Shown here: positions 1 to 9,791 of the stretch, piece after piece
How positions within the stretch are numbered: position 1 is the first letter of the stretch
How the letters are laid out: every line of letters begins with the position of its first letter
From: Candidatus Bathyarchaeia archaeon
Lineage (GTDB): Archaea; Thermoproteota; Bathyarchaeia; Bathyarchaeales; Bathycorpusculaceae
Direction of reading: 5' to 3'
DNA length: 64,000 nt
Assembly (NCBI GenBank): GCA_038882655.1
Contig: JAVZNT010000001.1
Span: 96,001 to 160,000, forward strand
The notes under the pieces: model-generated
What the model saw: only the letters and a program-made list of their open reading frames with translations
Database searches by the model: none
What the model was told of the DNA's origin: nothing
Translations under genes and position numbers: made by a program

Positions 1-2
1 TT

Positions 3-557
3 TACAACAGATGCAGCGAATCCGGAAGCAACGTTGCTGCGAACTCCATAGATGGAAGCACCTCAACCTATTGGCGACACGACTCAACATGCTACCACTG
101 GATAATCTACGACCTAGGCGAACCGATGAATATTTCAAGAGTAAGAATCTATCAAGGCCAATACGATTGGGGTAGCACAGCAGGCATAAACATTTACGTT
201 AGCAACGACTCGCAAAATTGGGGTTCAGCAGTATGGACTGGACGAATTGACGGTGATAATCAATGGGTCGCTAGCGGACAGTTTCAAGCTCAAGGCAGAT
301 ACATAAAACTTGAAAGCAGAAGCAACTCAGCTTCTCAAAGGTTAATTGAAGTTCAAGTAGAAGTACAGCAAAGAAGCACAACTATCGAGCTTTCTCCAAT
401 AAGGCTTAGGCAAGTTTCATTTAGGTTTCCGCTTGACGTCACGTGGTTCGGCGCTGTTGTAACCATTGAAAGCAACACTGACTTCATTTACGGTGCGAAT
501 GGTGTTGGCTTGTGGGTTGTTGTTGATCATCCTCCAAAAGTGGAGGCAATAGCCTAA
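3..557 (+). CDS. Discoidin (F5/8 type C)-like domain surface protein, 5' partial
   Basis: Frame is open from position 3 (YNRCSESGSNVAANSIDGSTSTYW...HWIIYDLGEPMNISRVRIY...IYVSND...W...GRYIKL), an F5/8C pattern; lies upstream of a pilin. Confidence 0.7.
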   Translation, partial: YNRCSESGSNVAANSIDGSTSTYWRHDSTCYHWIIYDLGEPMNISRVRIYQGQYDWGSTAGINIYVSNDSQNWGSAVWTGRIDGDNQWVASGQFQAQGRYIKLESRSNSASQRLIEVQVEVQQRSTTIELSPIRLRQVSFRFPLDVTWFGAVVTIESNTDFIYGANGVGLWVVVDHPPKVEAIA

Positions 558-648
558 TGCAAAACTTACTTAAAATCCACATTGAAAGTTCATACAAGTT
601 AAATAAGTATTCTTTAGATTTCATAAACCAGCAGAAGGTGCACAAACC

Positions 649-1098
649 ATGAAAACAAAAACCCTCCTTAAGTCTAGAAAAGGTATATCCCCAATCCTCG
701 CAACCCTCTTACTAATAGTAATAGCCGTAGCGGCCATAGTCGTTACATACGCATGGATAATGGTATACATGCGCAGCGCAGGACAACAAGCTGGTATACA
801 ACTAAACATAGAGGCTGTAAACTGGCCAACCAACAGCACCATTAAGCTTTATGTAAGAAACACAGGAACATCAGACGCAACAATAGATGCAGTTTATGTA
901 GGTACATCTTCAGAAAATCTTGTAAAACAAAATGATGTAACTTTCAACCCGGCTAACAAGGTTGTTACAGCCAATGGAGGAACAATAGAGATAACGATTA
1001 ATTATCAGTGGACGCCCCAAACAACATACTATTTCAAGGTTGCTCCATCAACCGGGCCAGCAGCAGAAGGCAGCACCAAAGCACCAACATCATCCTAA
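649..1098 (+). CDS. Archaeal type IV pilin (class III signal peptide)
   Basis: KSRKG|ISPILATLLLIVIAVAA class III signal; LYVRNTG motif; adjacent to prepilin peptidase. Confidence 0.9.
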   Translation: MKTKTLLKSRKGISPILATLLLIVIAVAAIVVTYAWIMVYMRSAGQQAGIQLNIEAVNWPTNSTIKLYVRNTGTSDATIDAVYVGTSSENLVKQNDVTFNPANKVVTANGGTIEITINYQWTPQTTYYFKVAPSTGPAAEGSTKAPTSS

Positions 1099-1173
1099 AA
1101 ATCCTTTCAAAACGCTTAAACTCGGCTTTTGTAAAGTGTTTATAAGATACTTTTTCTAAACCCAAAAATAGCA

Positions 1174-2004
1174 GTGACTAAAATGCAAGCCATCTTCGAA
1201 GCCGCTAAAATAGGCTTAACAGCGTCTTTTCTATTCTATGCGTCTTGGAGTGACTATAAAACTCGTGAGGTGAGCAATAACATCTGGATTCTTTTTGCTC
1301 CACTAGCATTCGCATTAACTTTTGCCGAACTCTTCCTTTTTGATTTTTCTGCTTTGCCTTTTTTTGGTTTGTGCTTTGGCTTAACATCAACTTTCGCTAT
1401 AATCCTCTTTTACGCTGGAGGTTTCGGCGGTGCAGACGCTAAAGCTTTGATGTGTCTTGCCTTGGCTTTACCCTCCTACCCGTCAGAGCTTCTAAAACCC
1501 TTAATGCCCTTAATGGGCGAAGCCTCACCAATAATGAACATGTTTTTTCCAGTGACTGTTTTTAGCAACTCTGTTATTTTGGCAGCCCTAACAGCCATAT
1601 ATTTACTGTTCCATAACCTTTTATGGCATCTAAAAACTGGCAGCCCGCTTTTCGAAGGTGAACAGCGAGAAGCGTCAATAGGCAAAAAGCTTCTATTTCT
1701 GGCGACTGGCTACAAGGTTCATGTTAAAAAGTTGAAGGAGAAATGGCACATATACCCCCTGGAAGACGTGGAAGACGTCCAAGAAGGTGAAATAAAAAGG
1801 AAGCTTCTGATTCTGCCAAGAGACGAGGAGAGAGAAGCCATAGTCAAAAGGCTGGAAAAGGCTGTTGAATCTGGAAAAATTCACGAAAAAGTTTGGGCAA
1901 CGCCTGGACTGCCAATGCTCATTTTTATAACCGTCGGTTTGGTCTTGGCGCTGGTTTACGGAGACGTTGTCTGGGCTTTAGTCCGCCTTTTCATGGGTGG
2001 ATAA
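1174..2004 (+). CDS. Prepilin/preflagellin peptidase (A24, PibD/FlaK-like)
   Basis: SDYKTREV and FGGADAKAL aspartate motifs; C-terminal VWATPGLPM; multiple TM segments. Confidence 0.9.
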   Translation: MTKMQAIFEAAKIGLTASFLFYASWSDYKTREVSNNIWILFAPLAFALTFAELFLFDFSALPFFGLCFGLTSTFAIILFYAGGFGGADAKALMCLALALPSYPSELLKPLMPLMGEASPIMNMFFPVTVFSNSVILAALTAIYLLFHNLLWHLKTGSPLFEGEQREASIGKKLLFLATGYKVHVKKLKEKWHIYPLEDVEDVQEGEIKRKLLILPRDEEREAIVKRLEKAVESGKIHEKVWATPGLPMLIFITVGLVLALVYGDVVWALVRLFMGG

Positions 2005-2064
2005 TGCTCAAAAGAGTTAATTCCGTTTAATGAGCAATACTTTTGGTTTAGGAAGGCGTAAAAC

Positions 2065-3174
2065 TTGCTGGACAAGTGTTTAGACGAAGTTAGAGATTTT
2101 CTAAAAAGCCAGCAGATAGAAGCTGAAGTTGTTGTTATGCCAGACTTCTTCCTTGACAGGTTCGTAAGCTTGAACACAAGTCCAGACCGCCTATTCAAGA
2201 TAATTATTAATGTTGTGGAGAGAAAAGGCGGGAGCATAGACGGAATAAGCCAAAAAGAGTTTAGGGGCGGAAACGCCTTAAACACCGCCGCTGCTCTGGC
2301 AAGCCTTGGTGTGAAGGTCACGCCAATAGTTTGCACCGACAAGTTTGGGCTTCAACTAATCAAATTCTATATGAAATCGCCAAGAATCAATTTAACACAC
2401 ATAAAAGTTGTGGAAAAGCCATCGATAACAACATCCTTAGAATTCAAAACAGACGACGGAAAAGTAAACGTCATGCTTAGGGATGTTGGTTCCCTTGCAG
2501 ATTTTGGACCACGAAACCTTGACGTTAATGACTTTGAAGCCGTAGAAAGGGCTGATTGCACATGTGTTTTCAACTGGGCTGGAACAAGAAAATATGGCAC
2601 GGAGTTGGCTGAAACCATTTTCCACCATATCAAAAAACGCGGGAAGGGCAAAACCTATTTTGACACCGCTGATCCAACCCCAAACAGGAAAGAAGCTAAA
2701 AAACTTCTGGAAAGAGTTCTTTTAAGCGGCTTAGTGGACATTTTAAGCCTAAACGAGAATGAAGCAGTCTTCTTCGCCTTGCTTCTGAAAGGTAAAGCTG
2801 AAGAACCCGATAAAGGCTTGAGTTTTGAAGAGTTAGCGAAGGAGTCCGCAGAGTTTTTGGCTTCCCATTTAAAGGCAAGAGTAGACCTCCACACAACAGA
2901 GTATTCTGCAACCTTTAATGGAGGAGTCGAGACGCTTGTTCCAGCCTTTCATGTCCCGGTTCTAAGGGCAACTGGTGCCGGTGACGCTTGGAACGCTGGC
3001 AACATACTTGGAACAATTTACGGATTGGGCAATGCTGTTAGGCTCACGTTGGCTAATGCTGTTGCAGCCTACTACATATCAAACCCTGAAGGCAAGCACC
3101 CCACCCGAAAAGAGCTTTTCAAGTTCTGCGATAGGCTTAAGGGCTGGTGGAAAACCAAAACAGATAAAAATTAG
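2065..3174 (+). CDS. PfkB-family carbohydrate kinase
   Basis: GGNALNTAAALASLG and ATGAGDAWNAG signatures. Confidence 0.85.
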   Translation: MLDKCLDEVRDFLKSQQIEAEVVVMPDFFLDRFVSLNTSPDRLFKIIINVVERKGGSIDGISQKEFRGGNALNTAAALASLGVKVTPIVCTDKFGLQLIKFYMKSPRINLTHIKVVEKPSITTSLEFKTDDGKVNVMLRDVGSLADFGPRNLDVNDFEAVERADCTCVFNWAGTRKYGTELAETIFHHIKKRGKGKTYFDTADPTPNRKEAKKLLERVLLSGLVDILSLNENEAVFFALLLKGKAEEPDKGLSFEELAKESAEFLASHLKARVDLHTTEYSATFNGGVETLVPAFHVPVLRATGAGDAWNAGNILGTIYGLGNAVRLTLANAVAAYYISNPEGKHPTRKELFKFCDRLKGWWKTKTDKN

Positions 3175-3209
3175 ATTGAGGCAAAGAGCATCAGCTTGGA
3201 GACCATAAA

Positions 3210-3404
3210 ATGCCGACGGAAATCCTCGACATAGACAAGTTCGTTGAAATAAGCGAAATAGCCGAATACTGCGCTGTTAAACGCCTAAAAGACGTTGTAA
3301 AACTGAAGCTTCGCACGCCGAGAATACTTTACACACTCAAGGTTGAACCTTTAAAGGCTGAAGAAGTTATAAAGAAACTCAAATGCGAAATCCGCGAAAT
3401 ATAG
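3210..3404 (+). CDS. rpl38e: 50S ribosomal protein L38e
   Basis: 64 aa; MPTEI.DIDKF...VKLKLRTPRILYTLKV matches the eL38 pattern. Confidence 0.8.
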   Translation: MPTEILDIDKFVEISEIAEYCAVKRLKDVVKLKLRTPRILYTLKVEPLKAEEVIKKLKCEIREI

Positions 3405-3408
3405 CCAA

Positions 3409-4335
3409 TTATTCTACTTCCATAACAATTTTCGCGAGGCGAACCGAGTCTTCAAGGCTTTTCATTATAGTGTTTGTCACTGTAACTTTTATTCCAAGCC
3501 TTTCTATGCGGTTTTTCTGCTCTTTATCAATTTCATCGATTATGAAGTGTTTTAGGAGTTTTCCATAAAATTTTGCCACTCCGTAGGCTGAGGGCTCGAA
3601 GCCCATGCTAGCCATAATCATGTCGGCTGGTCCTTTAAGGGCTTTTCCACCTATTATTGGGCTTATGCCTACTATTTGTGCTTCCGATTTTCCCAGCGCC
3701 TTTTTTATGGCTTTTATGGCGAGGATTGGAGCTATGCTTAGGATAGGGTTGCTGGGGCAGATTATTATGCGTTCAGCCCCTTCTATTGCTTGGACAACGC
3801 CCGGTGCTGGCTTAGCCCTTTCGACTCCCTCAAAAATTACGCTTGTGACTGTTTCCGTTGCTCCTCTCTTGACGAAGTATTCTTGGAATTCTAGGAGCAT
3901 GTTGCCAGATTGAATTTTTGTTCGCACTCGATTGTCGCTCATTGGTATAAGACGGGTTTCAACTCCAAACATTTTGCACAGCCCTTCTATGACTTGTGAT
4001 AGCGGCATGCCTTCCCGTAACATTTTGGTTCTTATTATATGAGTTGCTAAGTCTTTGTCTCCTAGGCGGAACCATGTTTCAAACCCTAAGTGTCCCAGCA
4101 TTTCAAGGCAGTTGAAGGTGTCGCCTGCTATTCCCCAGCCTTTTTCTTCGTCCACTATTCCAGCAAGCGTATACATTATTATATCTAAATCTGGGCTTAT
4201 ATGGAGTCCGTAAAGCTCTACGTCGTCGCCCACATTACCAATTATAAAGAGGTCTTTCGGCGACACGATTTTTACAAGTCCTCTTAGAAGTTTTGCTGCA
4301 CCAACGCCGCCAGCAAGCGCCACAACCTTGCCCAT
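3409..4335 (-). CDS. cofD: 2-phospho-L-lactate/PEP transferase CofD
   Basis: LAGGVGAAKL, NVGDD..LYGLHISPDLD, FQEYFV, PSNPILSI; start reassigned to ATG at 4335. Confidence 0.92.
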   Translation of the reverse strand: MGKVVALAGGVGAAKLLRGLVKIVSPKDLFIIGNVGDDVELYGLHISPDLDIIMYTLAGIVDEEKGWGIAGDTFNCLEMLGHLGFETWFRLGDKDLATHIIRTKMLREGMPLSQVIEGLCKMFGVETRLIPMSDNRVRTKIQSGNMLLEFQEYFVKRGATETVTSVIFEGVERAKPAPGVVQAIEGAERIIICPSNPILSIAPILAIKAIKKALGKSEAQIVGISPIIGGKALKGPADMIMASMGFEPSAYGVAKFYGKLLKHFIIDEIDKEQKNRIERLGIKVTVTNTIMKSLEDSVRLAKIVMEVE

Positions 4336-4393
4336 AAAACCACACCTATAAATTGGCTTTTCAATATTAAAAGTTCTTGTTAGGTGCTCAAAA

Positions 4394-5011
4394 TTGGATG
4401 TGATTGAGCTTATTAAGACTAGGCGGAGCATCCGCAAGTTTAAGCCAGCGAAAGTTCCCAGCGAAGTTATAAGCGCCATTTTGGATTTGGCTAAGTGGGC
4501 TCCTTCTGCGCATAATGCCCAGCCTTGGCGCATACTTGTGATAGACGATGACACGGTGAAGGTGAAGCTTGCCACGGCAATGGGAAGAGCTTGGCTTCAA
4601 GACATGCTTAAGGATGGCGTTCCTAAGGAGAAAGCTAAGGAGATTGTTAGGGTTGAAGGTTGGCAGCGGATAACAGAAAGCCCAGTTGTCCTCATAGTTT
4701 GTCTGTCAATGGGTGATATGCATAAATATCCAGATGGGAGGAGGCGGAGGGCAGAATATACGATGGGTGTTCAAAGCGTTGCCGCCTACGTTCAGAATTT
4801 GCTTCTTTTGGCTCATTATTATGAGCTTGGGGCATGCTGGGTTTGTGCGCCTCTATTCTGTCAAAGCGCCGTGAGGAAAGCACTGGGTTTGCCCCGTGAA
4901 ATTGAGCCCCAAGCAATGATCATAATGGGATATCCAGACGAAAAGCCAGAACCCCCGCCGAGAAAGCCTCTAGAGGCTTTTCTGCATTTAATACTTGGGG
5001 TTCAGCGTTAG
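4394..5011 (+). CDS. Nitroreductase family protein (FbiB C-terminal-like)
   Basis: RRSIRKF, APSAHNAQPWR, LGACWVCAPLF; divergent from cofD. Confidence 0.8.
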   Translation: MDVIELIKTRRSIRKFKPAKVPSEVISAILDLAKWAPSAHNAQPWRILVIDDDTVKVKLATAMGRAWLQDMLKDGVPKEKAKEIVRVEGWQRITESPVVLIVCLSMGDMHKYPDGRRRRAEYTMGVQSVAAYVQNLLLLAHYYELGACWVCAPLFCQSAVRKALGLPREIEPQAMIIMGYPDEKPEPPPRKPLEAFLHLILGVQR

Positions 5012-5059
5012 GAATAATATGTGGGACAAAAGAGTGAGTGTTTGGCAGTTTGGCGGATT

Positions 5060-5785
5060 CTATTTTCTAAACTTTTGAAGTCTTGTTAAGAGTTCTTTGT
5101 CGCCTTCATAGTCTCCAGCGCACGTTGCTATTAAGCCGTCCACCAAGCCCTCAAGTTTTGATGCTATTTCCTCAACTTTTTCCATTGTTGTTGTCACTGG
5201 CCACCCGATTAGTTTGACCATTTCCGCGTTTTTTGGTGTTCCAACAAGGAAGTATGTATAGATTGGTTTGTTTAGGCGTTTGCACTCTTTTGCCACTTGT
5301 TCCAGTGCTGGGAAGGTTTTGTCTTCAAGCCTCATGAAGAAGACGAAATCCCATGGCTCTTTTGCTCTAGCTATGGTTTCCTCGATGGTTCGGCGCGCGG
5401 TTAGCAAGCATCCTAATTTAACGTTTTTTAGGCGTATTGTTGTGCGTAGGAAGTCTCTGGCTTCCTCTGAAGATTTAAACATTTTTATTGGTTCTCCATA
5501 TTTTGGTATGTCTCCCATTGTGATTACGAGTCCGTCTAAGCCAACAGCATCTGCGGCTAAAGCCAAGCCTCCAACTTCGACTGGTCCTTTGTAGTGGAGT
5601 ATGAATATTGGTATGACAATTTTCCCCGGGTATTTGGTTTTGAGGACGCAGCCCACTGCTGTTCCACTGGGCGCTGGCATTCCGGCGGCACTATCGGTTA
5701 TGTTCCATCCATCAACAAGGTCTTTAACTTCCTCTGCAAGTTTCAAAAATTTACGTGTTGGGACAAACTCATGCAATATTTTCAT
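5060..5785 (-). CDS. MetF/methylenetetrahydrofolate reductase-like TIM-barrel protein
   Basis: HEFVP, VDGWNITDS, LVITMGD motifs resemble the MTHFR N-terminal half; divergent. Confidence 0.5.
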   Translation of the reverse strand: MKILHEFVPTRKFLKLAEEVKDLVDGWNITDSAAGMPAPSGTAVGCVLKTKYPGKIVIPIFILHYKGPVEVGGLALAADAVGLDGLVITMGDIPKYGEPIKMFKSSEEARDFLRTTIRLKNVKLGCLLTARRTIEETIARAKEPWDFVFFMRLEDKTFPALEQVAKECKRLNKPIYTYFLVGTPKNAEMVKLIGWPVTTTMEKVEEIASKLEGLVDGLIATCAGDYEGDKELLTRLQKFRK

Positions 5786-5935
5786 TGAAGCTCATCTCGC
5801 CTTTTAGAGAGAACAACTTTAGCATTAAAAATTTTTGCATTCAAACCACTGAAACCATTGTTAAAACGCCATTTTGTGCTAAAAAGGGTGGAAATTATAA
5901 AGAACACTAGCATAAAGACATGTGTTGGGTGTTTC

Positions 5936-6694
5936 ATGAACATAATCCAAATAATTGGTGTTGAGGGCTTGCCAATTATAAAAGCTGGAGACAACCTTGC
6001 AAAGCTTATATGCAGAGCTGCTGAACGTCAAGGGACACCAATACAAGATGGTGACATAATAGTTGTTACACATGTTGTTGTTTCAAGGGCTGAGGGTCGC
6101 GTTATAAACTTAGATGAGGTTACGCCCTCGCTTTTTGCGAAAACCGTTGCTGAACTTTATGATAAGGACCCCGCCTTGGTTGAGGTTGTCCTCAGAGAGG
6201 CGAAGAGCATTAGGCGCATGACCGATGGCAAAATAATAACCGAGACAAGACACGGTTTTGTCTGTGCCAACTCAGGAGTTGACAAGTCCAACGTGCCAGG
6301 AGAACGCTATGTTGCTTTGCTTCCAGAAGACCCTGACGCCTCCGCCGCTAGGATTAGACGGGAGATAAAGCGTTTAACTGGCTGTGATGTGGCTGTCATA
6401 ATTTCTGATACGCATGGCAGACCCTTAAGAGAAGGTGAAATAAATGTTGCTGTTGGCGTTTCAGGCTTAAAGCCTATAAGAGATCGTAGGGGCGAAAAGG
6501 ACTTGTTTGGTTATGTTTTGCGAGTCAAGCAGACAGCCGTTGCCGACGAGCTTTCTTCAGCAGCTGAGCTCGTTATTGGGCAAGCCGATGAGGGTGTTCC
6601 AGCGGCTATAATCCGCGGCTATAGATATATAAAGTCCGAGGATGCTAGGGCTACGGAGCTTATAAGACCACGGGAGAAAGATCTGTTCCTTTAA
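5936..6694 (+). CDS. cofE: Coenzyme F420-0:L-glutamate ligase CofE
   Basis: GLPIIKAGDNL, VSRAEGR, CANSGVDKSN, SDTHGRPLREG, ADEL; start set at ATG 5936. Confidence 0.92.
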   Translation: MNIIQIIGVEGLPIIKAGDNLAKLICRAAERQGTPIQDGDIIVVTHVVVSRAEGRVINLDEVTPSLFAKTVAELYDKDPALVEVVLREAKSIRRMTDGKIITETRHGFVCANSGVDKSNVPGERYVALLPEDPDASAARIRREIKRLTGCDVAVIISDTHGRPLREGEINVAVGVSGLKPIRDRRGEKDLFGYVLRVKQTAVADELSSAAELVIGQADEGVPAAIIRGYRYIKSEDARATELIRPREKDLFL

Positions 6695-6715
6695 ACGGCG
6701 GGGGTGCTGTGTCGT

Positions 6716-7692
6716 TTGTCTGGCAAAGGTGTCTCGCTTAGGGAGCTGAAAGCATCGAAGTAACATGTTTGATGGATAACTGTGTGGACTTTACGTCTTC
6801 CATTAATCTGCTGGAGGTTCAAAGCGTTCGAAGTTGGGTTGTAAAACGTATAAGCAAGGAATGGGCTTAGGAGAATTTTCACCTACCAATAGCTGAGCAT
6901 GGTTTGTCGATGCTTGTTACAGTGTTTTGTGATGGGAAGTCGCACAGTGTACTCTTCGATGCTGGTGTAAGTCCCCAGGGGGCGGTTTCGAACGCACGGG
7001 GTATGGGCATAGACTTTGGGCAAATAGAGGCTATTGTCTTGTCTCATGGGCATTACGACCATTTCGGCGGACTGCAAAGCTTTGTCAGAGCCATTGGTAG
7101 GGCGGGCTTGCCAATAAGAGTGCATGAGGATATGTTTAAGACGCGAGGTGTAGCCGCTTCAGATGGTTCTGTCAAGCGATATCCAGAATTCCCAAAAGAA
7201 GCGCAAATCAGCCCAGCAAAATTCTTGAAAACAAAGGAGCCTTCCTTATTGGCAGATGGTGCGGTGCTTGTGACTGGCGAAATACCAAGAAAAACGGATT
7301 TTGAGAAGGGCTATACACCGCAACGAGCATTTGTTGATGGCGAGTGGCAGCCAGACTCTTGGGTTTGGGATGACCGTGCATTAGCCGTCCATGTAAAGAA
7401 CAAGGGGCTTGTCATATTGTCTGGATGCGCCCATGCTGGAATAGTTAACACAGTGCTTCATGTCCGGCAGATAACCAGAATCGAGAGAGTCTACGCCATA
7501 ATTAATGGTTTCCACTTGTCCGGGAAAGAGTGTGAAGAGCGTATAGCCAGAACTATGGAGGCGCTTAAACAGTTAAAGCCAGAATTAGTTGCGCCCATGC
7601 ATTGCACCGGTTGGAGGGATGCCTTTGCAATGGCAAAAGCCATGCCGGAAGCCTTCGTCTGGAACAGTGTTGGAAACCTCTACACCTTTTAA
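6716..7692 (+). pseudogene. MBL-fold metallohydrolase (MJ0301-like family), disrupted 5' end
   Basis: AEHGLS, FDAG, LSHGHYDHFGG, GCAHAG, HCTG motifs; in-frame TAG at 6868-6870 and apparent 1-nt frameshift near 6744 ahead of the TCLMDN motif. Confidence 0.65.
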
Positions 7693-7789
7693 AATTTGGC
7701 ATGGAGTTTGTGGCGGATTTCTGGGAACTAAAAATTTAAAAGTGAGGTTTTGAAAATAAAGCATTCCAAAATTGTGGAGTTGAAATTCG

Positions 7790-8836
7790 GTGATAAGGGA
7801 GAAAAGACAAACTCCATTCTTTAGAAGGAAGCTTGAGCCAATAGAGGTTAAAACTCCGAGGAAAATTTCGGAACTGCTTGCGGAAATGGCTAAAACTGGT
7901 TTTCAAGGCAGAAAACTCGGTGAAGTGGCTGAAGTTTGGGAGGAAATGCTCAAAGACGACGTTGTAATCTTTTTTGGTTATGCTGGCTCCCTGAGCACCA
8001 CGGGGCAGTGGAAAATTGTTAACTGGCTTATTGAGCATCGCTTTATTGACGTTATTGTTTCCACAGGCGCAAATATATCTGAAGACATTTTGGAAGCTAT
8101 GGGAGGAACTTATTGGCAAGGGCACCACATGGTGGATGACCACCAGCTTTTAGAGTATAAGATTGACCGTTTCTACGACGTTTTTGCAGACGAGCTTGAA
8201 TACCGACAAATGGAAAGCCTCATCGCCAACTTTATGAAAAAGTTAAGCTCAAACCGCAAATATTCCTCGGCTGAATTTCTCCATCTTTTCGGAAAAGAAC
8301 TTTCACAATTGGGGATTAAAAGCATAATTGCAACAGCCTACGAGAACAAAGTGCCAGTCTTCTGTCCAGCCATAGTTGACAGCGGCTATGGAATTGCTTA
8401 TCTCCTAAACAGGAAGCTTGAAAGCAATTTCGACATAACTATTGACCAAATGCGGGATTTTGAACAGCTTGTAGATATAAAAGCTAAGGCAGCTCCAGAA
8501 AGTGGGGTAACTTATATTGGTGGCGGTGTGCCGAAAGACTTTATCCAACTAACCACTGTTGGCAGAAGTCTAACAGAGTCGAGAAAATATGAGCGCGTTT
8601 ACCCACACAAATACGCCATACAAATTACGACGGATGCGCCCCATTGGGGCGGCTTGTCCGGCTGCACTTTTGAGGAAGCCATAAGCTGGGGCAAGGAAGC
8701 CAAGGAAGGGCGGAATGTGCAGTGCTACTGCGACGCAACAATAGCCCTACCAATAATTGTTCAAGCTTTGGCAGAGAAAATCGATAAAAGGGCGAAAACA
8801 CCAGACTTGTCTTGGCTGTTTAAGGGTTTAGAATAG
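7790..8836 (+). CDS. Deoxyhypusine synthase-like protein (paralog 1; homospermidine-synthase-like)
   Basis: STGAN, IGGGVPKDF, TTDAPHWGGLSGCTFEEAISWGK. Confidence 0.85.
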   Translation: MIREKRQTPFFRRKLEPIEVKTPRKISELLAEMAKTGFQGRKLGEVAEVWEEMLKDDVVIFFGYAGSLSTTGQWKIVNWLIEHRFIDVIVSTGANISEDILEAMGGTYWQGHHMVDDHQLLEYKIDRFYDVFADELEYRQMESLIANFMKKLSSNRKYSSAEFLHLFGKELSQLGIKSIIATAYENKVPVFCPAIVDSGYGIAYLLNRKLESNFDITIDQMRDFEQLVDIKAKAAPESGVTYIGGGVPKDFIQLTTVGRSLTESRKYERVYPHKYAIQITTDAPHWGGLSGCTFEEAISWGKEAKEGRNVQCYCDATIALPIIVQALAEKIDKRAKTPDLSWLFKGLE

Positions 8837-8839
8837 CCT

Positions 8840-9775
8840 TTGGCGTTTTCCATGGAGAAAGTGAAGGACTTCGAAATTTCGAAGGATGTTTCCGCAGACA
8901 CGCTTGTCAAGCAGATGCTTGAAAGCGGAGGCTTCACAGCAAAAAACCTCGCCATAGGCGTAGATATCCTTGAAGCGATGCTGAAAGAGCGGGAAATCCT
9001 CAATTTTCTCTCCTTTCCCGCATGCATCATCGCCACCGGCACAAGGGGCATAATCCGCGACATTGTCAAGCATAAATGGTTCCATATGCTAATTACAACT
9101 TGCGGCACTTTGGACCATGATTTGGCACGTTGCTACCGTGACTATTTTCAAGGCGACTTCTACATGGACGATGAGGAACTGCATAAGAAGGGCATAAGTC
9201 GAATCGGCAATGTTCTGGTGCCAAATGCCTCTTATGGCGAAATCATCGAAAAGAAAATGATGGAGTTCTTAAATAGCCTATACGCGGAGGGCAAAAGGGA
9301 ACTTGCCACTTACGAATTATGTTGGGAAGTTGGCAAGCGCCTCAACGAAAACTCCATATTATATTGGTGCTGGAAAAACGGCATACCCGTAATCGTGCCG
9401 GGCATAACAGACGGTGCAGTGGGCTACCAGTTGTGGCAGTTCAGCCAAGATCACAAAGATCTAAAAATAAACGTGCTTAAAGACGAGCAACTCCTAAACG
9501 ACATGATCTGGGAAGCCAAAAAATCCGGAGCCCTAATAATAGGCGGAGGCATATCAAAACACCACGTCTTATGGTGGAACCTATTCAAGAAAGGACTGGA
9601 CTATGCGGTTTACATAACAACAGCCGTAGAATACGACGGAAGCCTATCCGGAGCCCGCCCAAGAGAAGCCGTATCATGGGGGAAAATTCGAGAAAAAGCA
9701 AAAACAGTAACCATAGAAATAGACGCAACAATAGCCCTACCAATAATGTATGCAGCTCTCCTCGAAAGACTCTGA
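8840..9775 (+). CDS. dys: Deoxyhypusine synthase (archaeal type)
   Basis: GGGISKHH, DGSLSGARPREAVSWGK, DATIALP. Confidence 0.9.
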   Translation: MAFSMEKVKDFEISKDVSADTLVKQMLESGGFTAKNLAIGVDILEAMLKEREILNFLSFPACIIATGTRGIIRDIVKHKWFHMLITTCGTLDHDLARCYRDYFQGDFYMDDEELHKKGISRIGNVLVPNASYGEIIEKKMMEFLNSLYAEGKRELATYELCWEVGKRLNENSILYWCWKNGIPVIVPGITDGAVGYQLWQFSQDHKDLKINVLKDEQLLNDMIWEAKKSGALIIGGGISKHHVLWWNLFKKGLDYAVYITTAVEYDGSLSGARPREAVSWGKIREKAKTVTIEIDATIALPIMYAALLERL

Positions 9776-9791
9776 AACATGTTCGGGCAAA

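Noticed and set aside
3210-3404. L38e as a novel eukaryote-like feature
   Set aside because: Already known from several TACK archaea
4336-4575. 80 aa N-terminal extension of CofD in the ORF track
   Set aside because: Overlaps the nitroreductase on the opposite strand; homology starts at MGKVVALAGG
6868-6870. Pyrrolysine readthrough of the in-frame TAG
   Set aside because: An accompanying frameshift and motif decay favour a pseudogene; no pyl genes in the window
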